In this document: positions 51,440 to 64,000 of the stretch, piece by piece
Layout of the letters: each line of letters opens with the position of its first letter
Numbering within the stretch: position 1 is the stretch's first letter
Assembly: GCA_013265495.1 (NCBI GenBank)
Contig: MU058463.1
Location: forward strand, 310,001-374,000
Reading direction: 5' to 3'
DNA from: Vicugna vicugna
Lineage: Eukaryota
Length of the DNA stretch: 64,000 nucleotides
Position numbers and translations under genes: made by a program
The notes under the pieces: model-generated
Told to the model about the DNA's origin: nothing
Seen by the model: the letters and a program-made list of their open reading frames with translations, nothing else
The model's database searches: none

Positions 51440-53000
51440 GTATACAAGTTAAAAAAAATAATGAACAAGTAAGGGGACTCCAATATGGAATGCAGATTTT
51501 ATGTGACAAAGTAATTTAATTCTATAACAAATATCTTAAATAAACTTACAGAAAGTGATGGGCCAGAAGATACTGCACTAACTCTGTAAATGAATGTGGA
51601 CTCTAAAACTAAACGGCAATGAAATATACATAAACACTAAATTTGATGGTAAGTTCTTTCCTACGCAGGTGTGGGTTAGTAAGTCTGAAACCACTAACCA
51701 TGTATATTGGGATTGAACAAATAAACAGATGACAGTTGGTAGAATTCAAATTTCTCACTGTTTGAAGGGAAGGTTACAGATAAGCAAGGGGCAACAGCTA
51801 GAATGAATCATGTCTTACTAGGTAAATTTTAGAAACCTCAACACATAGGTACAGATGTATAAATAAGTAGATTAGTACACACAAATGTGATTTCCTAGCT
51901 CTGTCCGTGAAGGGGCCTAAAAGCACTGACACCCTGGTAACAACAGCACAACTAGTTCCCAGATCTTGTTTTTTAATGACGTTAATAAAAGGAATACAGA
52001 CTCTTTGGAAAAATAGCTGATTCTAGTGTTAAGGTAAGGAGTGTAAAAGATAGGCCTGGAGCATATTGTAGTAAAGGAATTAAAGAAATGGTAACACAAC
52101 AAACAAAAGCAAAATATGTCACAGCAATGTGGTATAACAAAGAAACACAAGAGCTGAGAGCTCTAAATCTGGACCAATTTGAGCAAAAAAGAAAATTATA
52201 TGGTATTAAATTATAACCCAAAGTATAAGATAAATATTCTTTAGTCAATACCACTATAAATGAATAATTGAATAAATAAATAAACAAGGGATAAATGATA
52301 AATTTCCAGTACAGAATAATTCCAAAAATTTTTTGAAGTTACTATCCCTCCAGGAGGTGGAGCAGAACTCCCCACTCTTTATGTATCGGTAAGCAAAATC
52401 ACTTTCTTCTAAAAGAATAATAGTTTTACAAGGGAGTAATCCAACAGACATTATCCCAGCCAGGTAATAAAGGTAACAACCAGCAGTGATAAGTCACGTT
52501 GATAACACAGCACATACCCTTGATATGAATTTATGAGAATGGCACTTAACCTTTGTTATCTTCGTCTCCAAAACCCATAACCACTGTATAATCATAAGAA
52601 AAAAATATTAGATACACCCATACTGAACAGCTTTCTACAAAATACCTGACCAGTACTCCTGAAAATGGTCAAGGTCACCAAAAGTAGGTGAAGTTTGAAA
52701 AACTCTAAAGACTCTTAAGGAAATACAACAACTAAGTGTAATGGGGTACCATGGATGGTATTGTGGAACAAAAGGACATTAGGAAGAAACTAAGGAAATC
52801 CAAACAAAGTTTGTACTTTAGATAATAGTTAACATCAACACTGGTTCATAAGTTGTGGCAAATGCACCACAGTAACAACGGGAAACTTGACCATAGGTAT
52901 ATAGGAACTCTTGGTAATATTCTTTTAACTTGCCTGCAACCTAAAACAATTTTAAAATAAAAGGTTTAACATTAAAAACAAAACAAAACAAAACAAAAAT
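51440..53000 (+). mobile_element. L1MC3/MD-like long 3' UTR
   Basis: ctacaaaatacctgaccagtactcct...ggaacaaaaggacattagg; (caaaa)n tail. Confidence 0.8.
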
Positions 53001-53496
53001 AACTATGGCTTTGAATAGAGAAACATAGAACTTAAAGGAATTCTAGGTTTATCATTCTAAAACAAATAGGTCAGTTCGTACAGTTTTTAAAATACTACTT
53101 TTTGCCAACCCAAACTAAAAGTGAATAAAATTAAAAACAAAAAGAAGCAGGTTTGATTTGTGTGTTCTGCTATGCGTCTCTGAGAAGTCTCCTTGTTTGC
53201 ATTCAGCAGGCGAGAACATCATAATACTAGAAAAGAGATCACATAATCAGTGGCATATCAATACATTTTCAATTATGCTGTAGTTACCAAGTTTAGAAGG
53301 TCATGAGACATTCTCTGTTTTTGCAATTACAGTTAATTTCTAATAGCTGTACCATATGAGGTGACCTTGTTTCCTGCTTAATGTTTTAATGATGAATAAA
53401 TGCTAACAGAAAGCAAACTAGAACACAGAGGTGGCCAATACAGCCTTTAATGTATGAGAAGCTTTCCCCCTTCACTGCATTTACCTTACTATTTAC

Positions 53497-53580
53497 CTGA
53501 AATCTTTTAGGGGAAAGGTTCTCAGGTAGATTCTTTAGATATAAGCTGCCATTGTTTGGAATATCTCAACGCTACCACCT
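53497..53580 (-). pseudogene. Exon relic, start of DUF3715 copy 1
   Basis: catttttag|...cag|gtaaat, 84 nt, phase 2-2: GGSVEIFQTMAAYI*RIYLRTFPLKDF vs recalled TASOR PGSREFEDVVNILHSSYL. Confidence 0.65.
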
Positions 53581-53609
53581 CTAAAAATGTATATACAAGT
53601 TGTTGAGAG

Positions 53610-54659
53610 TAAACCAGGGCTACCAGGGACAAAACCATTAGCACACGGAGATCAATTTAATGTAAATGGCTAGATAATTGCTGTGCTGCTTACGAGAGGG
53701 GTTTAGAAGCTGGCACTGCAGAAATGAGCTAATTATTTTGTATGATAATTTTTAGAAAAGGAGTGACCTTTAAAATTTACTATATTAGGGACTGTGTAAG
53801 GTATTCAAACAACGTATAATGTCTCCTGGCCCTGAAAAAACACTTTGGGGGTCATGTAAAACTCAGAAGACAGATGAAGATAAAGGCTATGCACTTCTTA
53901 TTCTAATTTTTATCCCATTATTCCTATATGCCCGACCAAAAAAAAACCCAAAAAACAAAGCATTTCTCTACCCATGCAGTGTTCAAAATAATGAGATTCC
54001 CGGAGAGAGGAATATCTTGTATATTTTTGCTGAACCTGCTAACTCAAGCCAGACTCCAATAGCTGCAGGTTCAGCACGATTCTACCCTTTATGACAAGGA
54101 ACTTGTGAAGCAGCCTTCACTGGGTTATACATTTTTTGCTTGGTGGGGTGGTGGCAAAAGGACGGACTGTCCTTGAGAATTATACTATTGCCTGTACACC
54201 AGGATTGTTTCTTAGTCATTGGATACTGGGTTTATAATAATAATATTGACAATAATAATAAACACTATATAGTGCACATTATGTTTCAAGCACATTTAAT
54301 ACCCACAACATCTTGATATCTTGATTAGGCATGTGTTACTATTTTTTCTGTTTCCAAAAGAGGAAAGTGATGCACAGAGAGTTTAAAGTATTTATCCACA
54401 GTTTTTCAACTATGAAGTGGCTTCGCTTATATTCAAATCCCACGATCCCAATTCAAGAGTGCATGCTCTTAAACCTCATAATACAATTTATCATCAATAT
54501 TAAAGGAATCCTACATATTTTGTTATGGATATTTGGGTTATACTCCTGACAACTAAAACACTTCTATTTCCTCCCTGACTTCAAACAAACTAAGCAAATA
54601 ATAAACCATGGCTACCAGGGACAAAGCCGTTAGTACACTGAGATCAGTTTAATGTAAAT
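53610..54659. repeat. 58-bp dispersed direct repeat (53610-53667 and 54602-54659)
   Basis: 52/58 identical by direct comparison. Confidence 0.9.
54235..54490 (-). mobile_element. MIR
   Basis: gaggaaagtgatgcacagagagtttaaagtatttatccac, gctcttaaacc. Confidence 0.65.
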
Positions 54660-55029
54660 TTTTTACTGCCTTCAAGGCCAGTGTAGCAGAAGAAGACGGG
54701 ACATCTGGAAAGCCTAGGTGTGTGTAGATCTGGTACCAGGGACCTAATTGCCAAGTTTGAAAGACATTCAGATGATTTCAGCCCAACATCATATGACTCA
54801 GAATGGACCTATTTCAAAGCTTTTCCATGCAGGAATGAACCAATTTACCATGGGAAAGGGAAGCCTGGAAAGTTTAATTTTAGTGTAATGATCATCAACA
54901 TCATAAATATCATTTAGTGTTTGAGTTCCTTCTCTGGTCCCCTAGCTTGTACACATTTCTACTTCCATTTCTTTTTTAAAGGCAAAGTACTTACATGGTC
55001 TATATTTTTCCTAAACTGTATGAATATGT

Positions 55030-55400
55030 ATATCAAGGGTACCATATAAAACAAAGGCCTGGACTTCTAGCTACCAACTTATAATAAAATTCATATTGTA
55101 TGGCAAGATAAGAAAAATTTACACATAAAAAATTCTATCCTTTGGCCTCCTCTCTCCCCACACTGTGCATTGTGTATTTGCATTGGCATCAACTAACACA
55201 ACCCCCACCCCCATCAGCAGGAACACCTGCTCAACCATAAAAAGCAACATTTTCCTAGCATCAACAAGACAACTCCTTAAAAGATACATTCATTCCTGAT
55301 CTTGTAAGGGGTTACATGGATGACACTAAGATTTGAATTATGTAAACTGTCAATAATACATCATTTGATGTATAGCCCTCTGTTTCAAAAAACTTATATG
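55030..55400 (+). mobile_element. ERV1-class LTR U3 fragment, 3'-truncated
   Basis: gcaggaacacctgctcaaccataaaaagcaaca...cattcctgatcttgtaagggg motifs; stops at TATA. Confidence 0.55.
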
Positions 55401-56845
55401 GATAGATTTTGTTACAAATGCTAACATTTAGATAATTGATTTATAGATAACAATCTAAATACATCTCCCATATAATTATTCTTCCTTTTTGACAAACGAC
55501 TATTCTTTAAAATCTTTAATGAACATCCTCAAATTCTAAACCATTGAAAATCTATTGTTAATCACCATTTTGGACATGTTTCAGTTTTTATTATTGTTGC
55601 TGTTTTTTTTTCTTGATATACTTACTATGCACCTATCACAAAAATTAGGAGAATACAAAAAAACACACAAAACTCTGTTATTATTTCTTTCTTCATACTT
55701 TCTCTCTTTGTCAGTGTGGAGACTGCTGAGTCATAAACTACATTCTTACACAGGAGATTGTGCATTCAGCTGCAAGCAAAGGAGTACCTCTCTCAAATTC
55801 CTCTAACCAATAAAGGCTATGTTGGTCATGTTGTAAAAGAGTTCAGATATAAGCCTTTTAAGGCTGTTGACTGCTCAAAGACATTATTAAACACCTCATC
55901 TTCCTATTTTCCTTCTTCACTCCTCTGGCATGTGTTTTTTTGTTCTCACAGCTATAATATGACGGCTGTCAATTAAGTTATTATATCAACAATTGAAAAG
56001 CAGAAGTGCCAGAGGTGCAATAATAAATGTTGAAGGGTTGAAAGAGCCCTTATGGTGTAAGTTTCTCCCTCTAATAAACTTCCCTGAAGTTGACAGTGAC
56101 TTCAGTCCACATCTAATTAGCCAGAACTAGACCATAAGACAAGTCCTAGCTACATGGTATTCTAAGAAGTAAGTCTATTTGTTCAAAATCTATGGTAGAT
56201 AAAATCAAGAGAGAAAGATTTTGGAGGACTTCGGAGTAGTCAACCCACAAATTCTGGGCTTTAGCACTTTTGTTTGCATTTTATCAATGTTTTGCAATAC
56301 AACTCACATTAAAATGTGCACTTTCATTTATTTATTTATTTTGAGGTATATTTTTCTTTCTGTCTTCCACTGCCCTCACACACTCAGATACAACAGTCAC
56401 ATAATTTTTCTATAGTGATAATACTCTAGGAGATGCATGTGCAAAGCACTTGAGGAGGACGAAAGAATTCATTCTTCCTAGGCAAGACCAAGCAGTGCCT
56501 CATATTTGGCTAGGCCTTGGAGGACACATTTTCAGGAGCTGGAGATGGAAGGGTGGATTAAAGGATATTGCAAGATGAGGCTAGCATGGATACAAACAAA
56601 GCATTGTGCAAATGCATGGTATATTCTGGGAGATGTAAGTAAGTAATTTAAGTTTTCTGGAAGTGACATTTTTCACTCTTTAATGTAACATTTTTTTAGA
56701 TGTCAGTCTTTTTTTTCTTTTAATTCATAGCACTGGGCTTTACTCTTAAGGAATATACAGTTTCACTGGAAAGATTTTAGCAGTAAAAATTATCTAGGAA
56801 ATAAAATAGATATTTTGAAATTTTACTGAAGTTCCCTCTGGGGGA

Positions 56846-56884
56846 GTGTGTGTGTGTGTGTGTGTGTATTTATGTATGTATATA

Positions 56885-56916
<32 letters not shown>
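56846..56916. repeat. Compound (TG)n/(TA)n microsatellite
   Basis: Direct reading. Confidence 0.95.
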
Positions 56917-57099
56917 AGAAATTCTCATGGAGAAAATTATCCTAACAATATCCCATGCATATTATTTTGTAACAAGGCAGCAAAACGTTTTAATTCTCCA
57001 TGTACCTTTTTAAAAGAATTGTTTGAAAACGCACTTAGAATCATGAGATGATAAAAACTGAATGTGGTATCTCTATATGTATGAGTTAAGTCAGTGTTT

Positions 57100-60000
57100 T
57101 TGTTGTTTTTGTTTGTTTGTTTTGCTTTATTTTCCAGACTTAATGATATATAATTGACATACAGCACTGTATAAGTTTAAGGAGTACAGCATAATGATCT
57201 GACTTACATATATCATCAAATGATTACGAATGTGCACATTTTTAATACACATTTTGAGGCACGTTCACAAATGTAGGTACTTGTTAACCATCACTCAGTG
57301 AAGACAGAGAACATTTCCATTACCACAGAATGTCCCCTCATGCTCCTATGTAGCAAATCCCTCCAACTTGTTACCCAAGTCTATAGCTGATTTGACTTTT
57401 ATCACTACAGATTATTTTTTTCTGTTCTAGAAATTCAGATGCATAGACTCATTTAGTACATACTCTTCTGTGTCTCATTACTTTCACTATGGTAATTTTG
57501 AGATTCTTCCATAAATCTGTATGTGCACCTCCATAAATTGGTGTATAAGTAGCTTGTTATTTTTTTTTTAATTGCCAAACAGTATCCTTCTCACTGAATT
57601 GTCACAATCTGTTTACCCATGCATTCATGGAGGGGTATATTGGTTTTTTTCAATATTGGGTTATTGTGAGTAAATCGGCTATAAGTATTCATGCATGAGT
57701 TTGTTTGGTACATACAAAGGAGTTGGAATTGCTAAGTTACAGGTTAAGGACATGTTTAATTTTATAAATAACTTTCGAGCTGTTTTTGAAACTGGTTGAA
57801 CTATTTACTCTCCACAACATAAGGCACAAAAAGTATAGTTATTGCACATCTTAATCAGCTCTTGGTATTTCAGGCCTTTATATTTTAGTCATTTTAGAAC
57901 ACATATGATGGTATTATCTCACTGTGATTTTAATGTTTGTTTTCCTAGTGACTAGTACTATTGAGAATATTTTTATAAAGGATCTGTTCAAATCCTTCAC
58001 ACATTTTATAATAGAGTTGTTTATCTTCTTGAGTTGTGAAATTTTCTTTACATGTTTTGGGTGCAATTTATTTGCTATGTATAAGTAGTATACACGCTGT
58101 CAGCCTGTGGCTTTTCTACTAATGTTCAAGATTTTTTGTTGCTGCAAATGGCAGTATCTAATTTTTTGTTTAATGCTGAATAGTATTCCACAGTGTATAT
58201 ATACACATCTCCTTTATCTACTTATCCATCAATGGACACAGGTTCTTTTCATATCTTGGCTATTGTAGATAATACTGCAACAAACATAGGAGTACATATA
58301 TTTTTCAAATTAGCATTTTCACGTTCTTTGGATAAATACCCAGAAGTGGAATAGTGAGGTCATAGGGTAATTCATTTGAGAAATGTCCATACCATTTTGT
58401 ATAGTGGATGCACCAATTTATAGTCCTACTAACAGTGTATGAGAATTCCCTTTTCTCTACATCCTTTACAACATTTGTTATTTCTTGCCCTTTTGATAAG
58501 AGTCTTTTAAACAGATGTGAGATGATATCTCATTGTTGTTTTGATTTGCATTTTCCTAATAATTAGTGATGTTGAACATCTTTCCACATGCCAGTTGGTC
58601 ATCTGCGTGTATTATTTGTAAAAATGTCTATTCAGATCTTCTCATTTTTCAGTCTGATTGTTTCAGTCTTAAGCATGTGGTTGTCCAGTTTTCCAAACAC
58701 CATTAATTTAAGAGACTATCCATTCTCCATTGTATGTTCTTTGTACCTTTGTCATAAATTAGTTGTACATATGTGTCTGGGTTTATTTTTGTGATCTCAG
58801 TTCTGTTCCATTCATCTGTGTTTCTGTTTCTGTGCTAGTACCATACTGTGTTGATTACTGCAGCTTTGTAGTATATTTTGAAATCAGGGAGCATGATATC
58901 ATCAGCCTTGTTCTTCTTTCTCAAGATTGTTTTGGCTATTTGGGATCTTTTATGTTTCCATAAGAATTTTAGAATTATTTGTTCTAGTTTGGTGAATGAT
59001 GCCATTGGAATTTTGATAGAGATTGCATTGAATCTGTAGATTGCTTTGGATAGTATGAAAAATTTAATAATATTAATTCTTCCAATTCATGAACATGGAA
59101 TATCTTTCCATTTATTTGTGCCTTCTTCAATTTCTTTCATCAGTGTCTTGTGGTTTTCAGTGCGTAGATCTTTTATCTCCTTGGTTAAATTTATTCCTTG
59201 GCATTATATTGCTTTTGATGCAGTTCTAAATCAGATTGTTTTCTTAATTTCTCTCTCTGATAGTTCACTATTAGTGTATAGAAATGAAACAGATTTCTGT
59301 ATATTGATTTTCTTAGTTTCAGTGATCTTTTTTTTAATAGTCTCTATTTCATTTAATTCCTTTCTGATCTTTATTATATCCTACCTTCAATTAATTCTGC
59401 ATTTCATTTTTCCTTTTTTTAGTTCTTTTAGGTGTAATATTACATTTAATGGAGTATTATGAAAAGTAGAAGTTTTTTTTAACATTTTTTATTGATTTAT
59501 AATCATTTTACAATGTTGTGTCAAATTCCAGTGTAGAGCACAATTTTTCAGTTATACATGAACATATATATATATTCGTTCTTTTTTGATTGAAATAACC
59601 ACGTGAATTTTCCCTTCATCTTGTAAATGTGAATTCTATTTTGTTTTTTAAAAGTTATTACAAATTGTCATTCCTAAGAGGAATGCTACATTTTCATGAT
59701 GTATTTTGTTTTACATATTATTAAGTTTTGGGGGGGTAGTAGTTTTTGAAAATTTCTGTGTTTATGACATTTGACTTTTTGGATTCATCCTTATTCTCAG
59801 GCTGTTGTCATGCTCTGGTATCAGTATGACATTGATCTTATATTATTACTTCTAATGTGTTCTCTCTGTGTCTGTTCTGTCTTCTTCTGAAATAATATAT
59901 TTAAGATTAGGGCCAGTGCTTAATTTTATAAAAGATAGATTTTTTTTTCAAATTAGATATCCATCAAATGTATATGATTGGACCAGTTTTATTATTTCTT

Positions 60001-60420
60001 GGTCAACACCATATGTTAATATATTTTAAATAATTTCTTTCAAACTGATAGATGAACTATTAGACAATATATTGTTTCATCAGAATTTAAACATTTGTAA
60101 GATTAATACTTTTATATATGTTTATTGTTCATTGCAATTCTATTGTAATTTACACTTTGCAATCCTTGGCTTATATTTATTGGGCTAATTGTGATTTTTT
60201 TAATTGTAATATAGAAACTCTGTATTCATATAGTTATATACCTTTTATATTTTATTATGTCTTATTAATATTCTCCATAAGTCCATATATGGTGTTTTAC
60301 TTCATGTTATCTTTAGAAAAAAAGAATTTCAAATTTGTAGTCAAACATCACTATTTTAAAAATTATTTTTGTACATTTAAATCCATTTCAAAAGGCTTTT
60401 AAAAATTGGTGTTGTAATAC
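57100..60420 (-). mobile_element. Cluster of antisense L1 fragments of several ages, including camelid-type 3' tip at ~59473-59580
   Basis: tagagattgcattgaatctgtagattgctttgg (ORF2 antisense); tttacaatgttgtgtcaaattccagtgtagagc. Confidence 0.85.
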
Positions 60421-62379
60421 TTAAATATTTCATTTACTGTGCATTACAGATTGCACTGTACATGTGTAATAATGTTTATACTGAGTCTATTTACTTATGC
60501 TAAATATAAATGTGTATTCACATTTATTCTGATTAATTTTAGAACTAGTGAGACTATGACACCAGTGAATATACTGTGGACATTTATGATTTTCAAATTA
60601 ATTCCACATATCTCAACTATTGGCAGGCTTCTTATTCCTTTGCTTTTTAGTAAGACTTACAGAATATTCACTGTCTCTGCTCCTAAGGAAAGCAAATATT
60701 CTACTACTCTTTTATCAGAATTGGGACTGGATTATTGTTGTCTTAGTGTTTTATTATTTCTAGGACACATTCAGAAGAATAAATGCTTAGTAATTATTAG
60801 CTGAGCTGCTTGAGTTTTCTTAGGGTAAATTTTTAACCAATACAGAGAATCAAAATTTAGTTTATTTGGTGCAGGTCTCAATGGCATATCTGACTAATAT
60901 AACAAAACAACATATTCTATGCTGAAGCATGTTCACTTAGTAAACTTGAGCATATTTAGTGAGACTCACTTTATGACATTTAATGAAGAAACCATTTTAA
61001 AATTTACCTTTAGAAATTTCATCTTATGTAGTTTTGACCATTCTTACTTTCACTTATCTTATCTCTTGGGCAGAGCATATCATACATAAACACATACCCA
61101 TACACCTATTAAAGGGAAGATATGTTGGAATTATTAAACAAAAATTTGAAGATTATTTTTAAAACTTTGAAATTACAGTACTCTTTGAGGTTTGCTTTTG
61201 TAAAAAAGCAGAAAATCACCGTTTTTATTACAGAAGAGCTCAGTATACCAGACATTTTGGAAATTAATTAAAATGTATGTGTTATTTTTCTTTATTTTTA
61301 ACATTACTTGGAAATATACTAAATTTTGTGAAGTTTCTTCAGGACAAGAATTTAGGGGTAGAGAATCTTTTAATTAACATTTTTTTAAAAGTTGGAGACA
61401 GAATTGTAAGTTACAGATTTAAGTTACAGTTTATAAAATTCAAGAAAATCATATAATGTATAACAAAACAAAACATAAGAGCTTCACAGTGTAAGTCTGC
61501 TTCATCTTTCCCAAGGACAAGATTTTTCCCAACAGACTAATTACTAGCTCAGACTGGTTATTTCCTCTTCTAAGGTAATTAATATTGCCATGGTTTCATC
61601 ATGACAATACACTATAACCTACAAAGGAGCTGAATATGTCTTTTCTGATATTCCTAAGATACACTTTAAGACTTAATAGGAAATCATTCTTATTTTATTA
61701 TTTGTTTTGAATTAATATATCTATATATCTGAATATTATTAGCTCATCCTCTTTACAAGCAGCATCTCTAAGGGGTGTGTGTGTTCACTTATTTTCTGAA
61801 AAAAATATAAAAAATATTTTGCTTAGCTTTGTACCTTAAATATGTCATAAATATACTTTCACACAAATTTTCTAAAAAAAAAACTCAGTTAAAAAATAGA
61901 GCTATCTCAACCTAAAAGATGAAAGTATGAATAAAAACCTAACCTCAAATAAAGAGGTTTAGAGTTACAATATAAAAATACTTAAGCCGTTACTTAAAAT
62001 CAAATACACTATACCTCAAAGACTTAGAAAATACTATGTGACTCAGAATTTCTAAGCCAAGAGGTGTCTGCTCCCCTTTCAAACTTTGACTCTTTGGTCC
62101 AGCATTCCTTATTTTACCATTGTGTATAATTTAAAAAATCATCCCTATATTTTTCTTTCAGAATTTTATTTTCAAAATTGATACTATAATTTAAATTTAC
62201 TCTATACTGAAACTTTTTAAATACTATCATAAGTCTTGAATAAAAATTATTTCACCTGCCAACTGTCATTTTTCCTTTCACCTATGTGTTATTATGTACA
62301 ATTGGGTCATTAAATTTCCACATAGTTGTAAATTATCCAGCTAGCTTGCTTTTATCTAGTCTCTAATTTTGCTGAGGTC

Positions 62380-63250
62380 AGGATAGATATACTTTATGCC
62401 CTAAATTATTTTAAATTCAGGCAAACTTGTTTCATTGATAAGTATATATTTTATCTTGCTGTGCCATCTGTGCTGTTGAATAGAATGTTCTAAAATTATC
62501 AGTTAGGTTAAACTGATTGATAATTGGTGCACTGTTACTGATTCTCTTGTCTAATTGTTTTAATAAAAACAGAGAGGAATGGAGAGATCTTCAACTATAA
62601 TTTAGCATTTATCTACTGCTTTTTTTTGGTTATATCTGATTTTATTCTGTGTATTTTGAGACTGCAAGTAGATACATGTACACTTAGGATTGTAGTGTCT
62701 TCTTGATAAATTGATCTTTTATTATAGTGCAGTATCCCTCTTTATTCCTGGCATTGTTCTTTAAATTCTACTTTGTCTGATATTAATATAATTACTAAGG
62801 CTTTCTTTCTATTCATGTTGCATAGGATATATTTCCCCCTATTTTAACCTATGTGTTTCTGTATATTTAAGTTGTGTTTCTTAGCACCATACAGTACCTT
62901 AGCTTTTCAGTCCAGTCTGACAGTCTGCTTTTTATTTCAGCGATTTGTATCATTTACATTAACTTTAATGTTTGATGGATTTAAGTTTAGACTCATCATG
63001 ATCTTTTAAAAATATTGTCCTATTCCCCAGCCTCCTTTCAAATTAACTTTTTTTTTAAACAGTTTGGTATTACATTATACATACAAAATTGACTTCTTAG
63101 CTGTTCTTCATTGTTTGATCTTATTTTTTCTGTGATTATCCTTCACTTTATAATATGTGTCTTTAACTTATTATAATATACCTTCAAGCAACCTCATACT
63201 TCTTCATATAAAATGGAAAAATCTTACAAGTATTTTAATTTTTTATCTCC
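62380..63250 (-). mobile_element. Old L1 fragment
   Basis: ctactttgtctgatattaatataattac (antisense endonuclease region). Confidence 0.7.
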
Positions 63251-63254
63251 TGTA

Positions 63255-64000
63255 AATTCACCAAAAGCACAGACAGCAAAAGCACAAATAGACAAATGGA
63301 CTACATCAAACTTAAAAACTTCTGAACATCAAAGAAACAATCAACAGATCGAAAATGCAACCTATGGAATGGAAGAAAATACTTTCGTATTATGTATCTG
63401 ATAAAGGGCTATTATTCAAACTAGATAAGAAACTACTACAGTTCAACAGAAGCAGTAATAAAAATAACAAATTGGCTAAAAATGGGCAAAGACTTTGACA
63501 TTTCTCCAAAGAAGACACACAAATGGGAAAAAAGGTATATAAAAAGAAGGTCAACATCACTAAGCATCAATGAAATACAAGTCCAAAGCACAGTGAGCTA
63601 TCATCTCACTTCTGTTATGATATCTATTCTTTAGGAAACTAAAAAGATAACAAGTATTTGTAAGAATGTGGAGAAACTGGAACCCAAGTACTCTGTTAGT
63701 GGGAATGTGAAATGGTGATTCTGCAATGGAGAGCAGTATGGGGGTTCCTCAAAAAATTAAAAATAGAATTATCATACGATTCAGCAATCCCACCTCTGGA
63801 TATAGAAGCAGAAAAATTGAACTTAAGATCTCAAAGGGGTATTTGCACTCCCACGATCATTGCAGCATTATTCACAAATGCCAAGATATAAAAACAATCT
63901 AAACATCCATCTACAAAAGAATGGATAAAGAAAATATGCTACAGTGGAATATTATTCAGGCTTTAAAAAAAAGGGAAATCCTGCCCTATGCAATAATGTG
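63255..64000 (+). mobile_element. L1MA/MB ORF2 3' region
   Basis: caccaaaagcacagacagcaaaagcacaaatagacaaatgg...cagcaatcccacctctgga. Confidence 0.88.

Larger units (their letters stand above)
2447..53580 (-). pseudogene. Decayed multi-exon TASOR/TEX15-family-like gene (DUF3715 repeats, SPOC-like x2, PIN-like); 5' end not located
   Basis: Collinear chain of exon-like segments on the minus strand with AG/GT boundaries, mostly compatible phases, in-frame stops, frameshifts and mutated splice sites. Translations match recalled TASOR motifs in the expected N-to-C order. Confidence 0.75.

Noticed and set aside
53497..53565. RRM RNP2-like peptide SLYLKNLP in another frame
   Set aside because: That frame starts with stops and is out of phase with the next exon; the DUF3715-like frame fits better.
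2447..53580. Calling the locus TASOR, TASOR2 or TEX15 itself, an intact CDS, or a processed pseudogene
   Set aside because: Similarity is only motif-level, stops and frameshifts are widespread, and introns are present, so no gene symbol was assigned.
59046..59462. 138-aa hydrophobic ORF
   Set aside because: Antisense reading of L1 ORF2.
60439..60804. 121-aa ORF
   Set aside because: Non-ATG start, no recognisable motif or supporting exon structure.
1..64000. CRISPR array, operons or other prokaryotic systems
   Set aside because: The sequence is mammalian; no regularly spaced repeat-spacer structure or dense ORFs.

Overview
AT-rich mammalian genomic DNA, most likely camelid (Vic-1-like tRNA-derived SINE at ~7641-7778, camelid-type L1 3' ends). 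A large part is transposable-element debris: L1 of many ages, L2, MIR, MaLR/ERV LTRs, one near full-length Tigger1 and hAT MITEs. I find no intact protein-coding gene, RNA gene or CRISPR array. The main result is in the unique sequence between the repeats: about 20 exon-like relics on the minus strand (~2447-53580), many with good splice sites and matching reading phases. Read through stops and frameshifts, they resemble TASOR/TASOR2/TEX15-family domains. There appear to be up to four DUF3715 (pseudo-PARP) modules, two SPOC-like modules and a C-terminal PIN-like module. I interpret this as a decayed, unprocessed (probably unitary) pseudogene of a divergent TASOR-like gene with an unusual domain layout. 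Protein comparisons and repeat subfamily names come from my memory of reference sequences and by-eye alignment, so they need HMM/BLAST/RepeatMasker confirmation.
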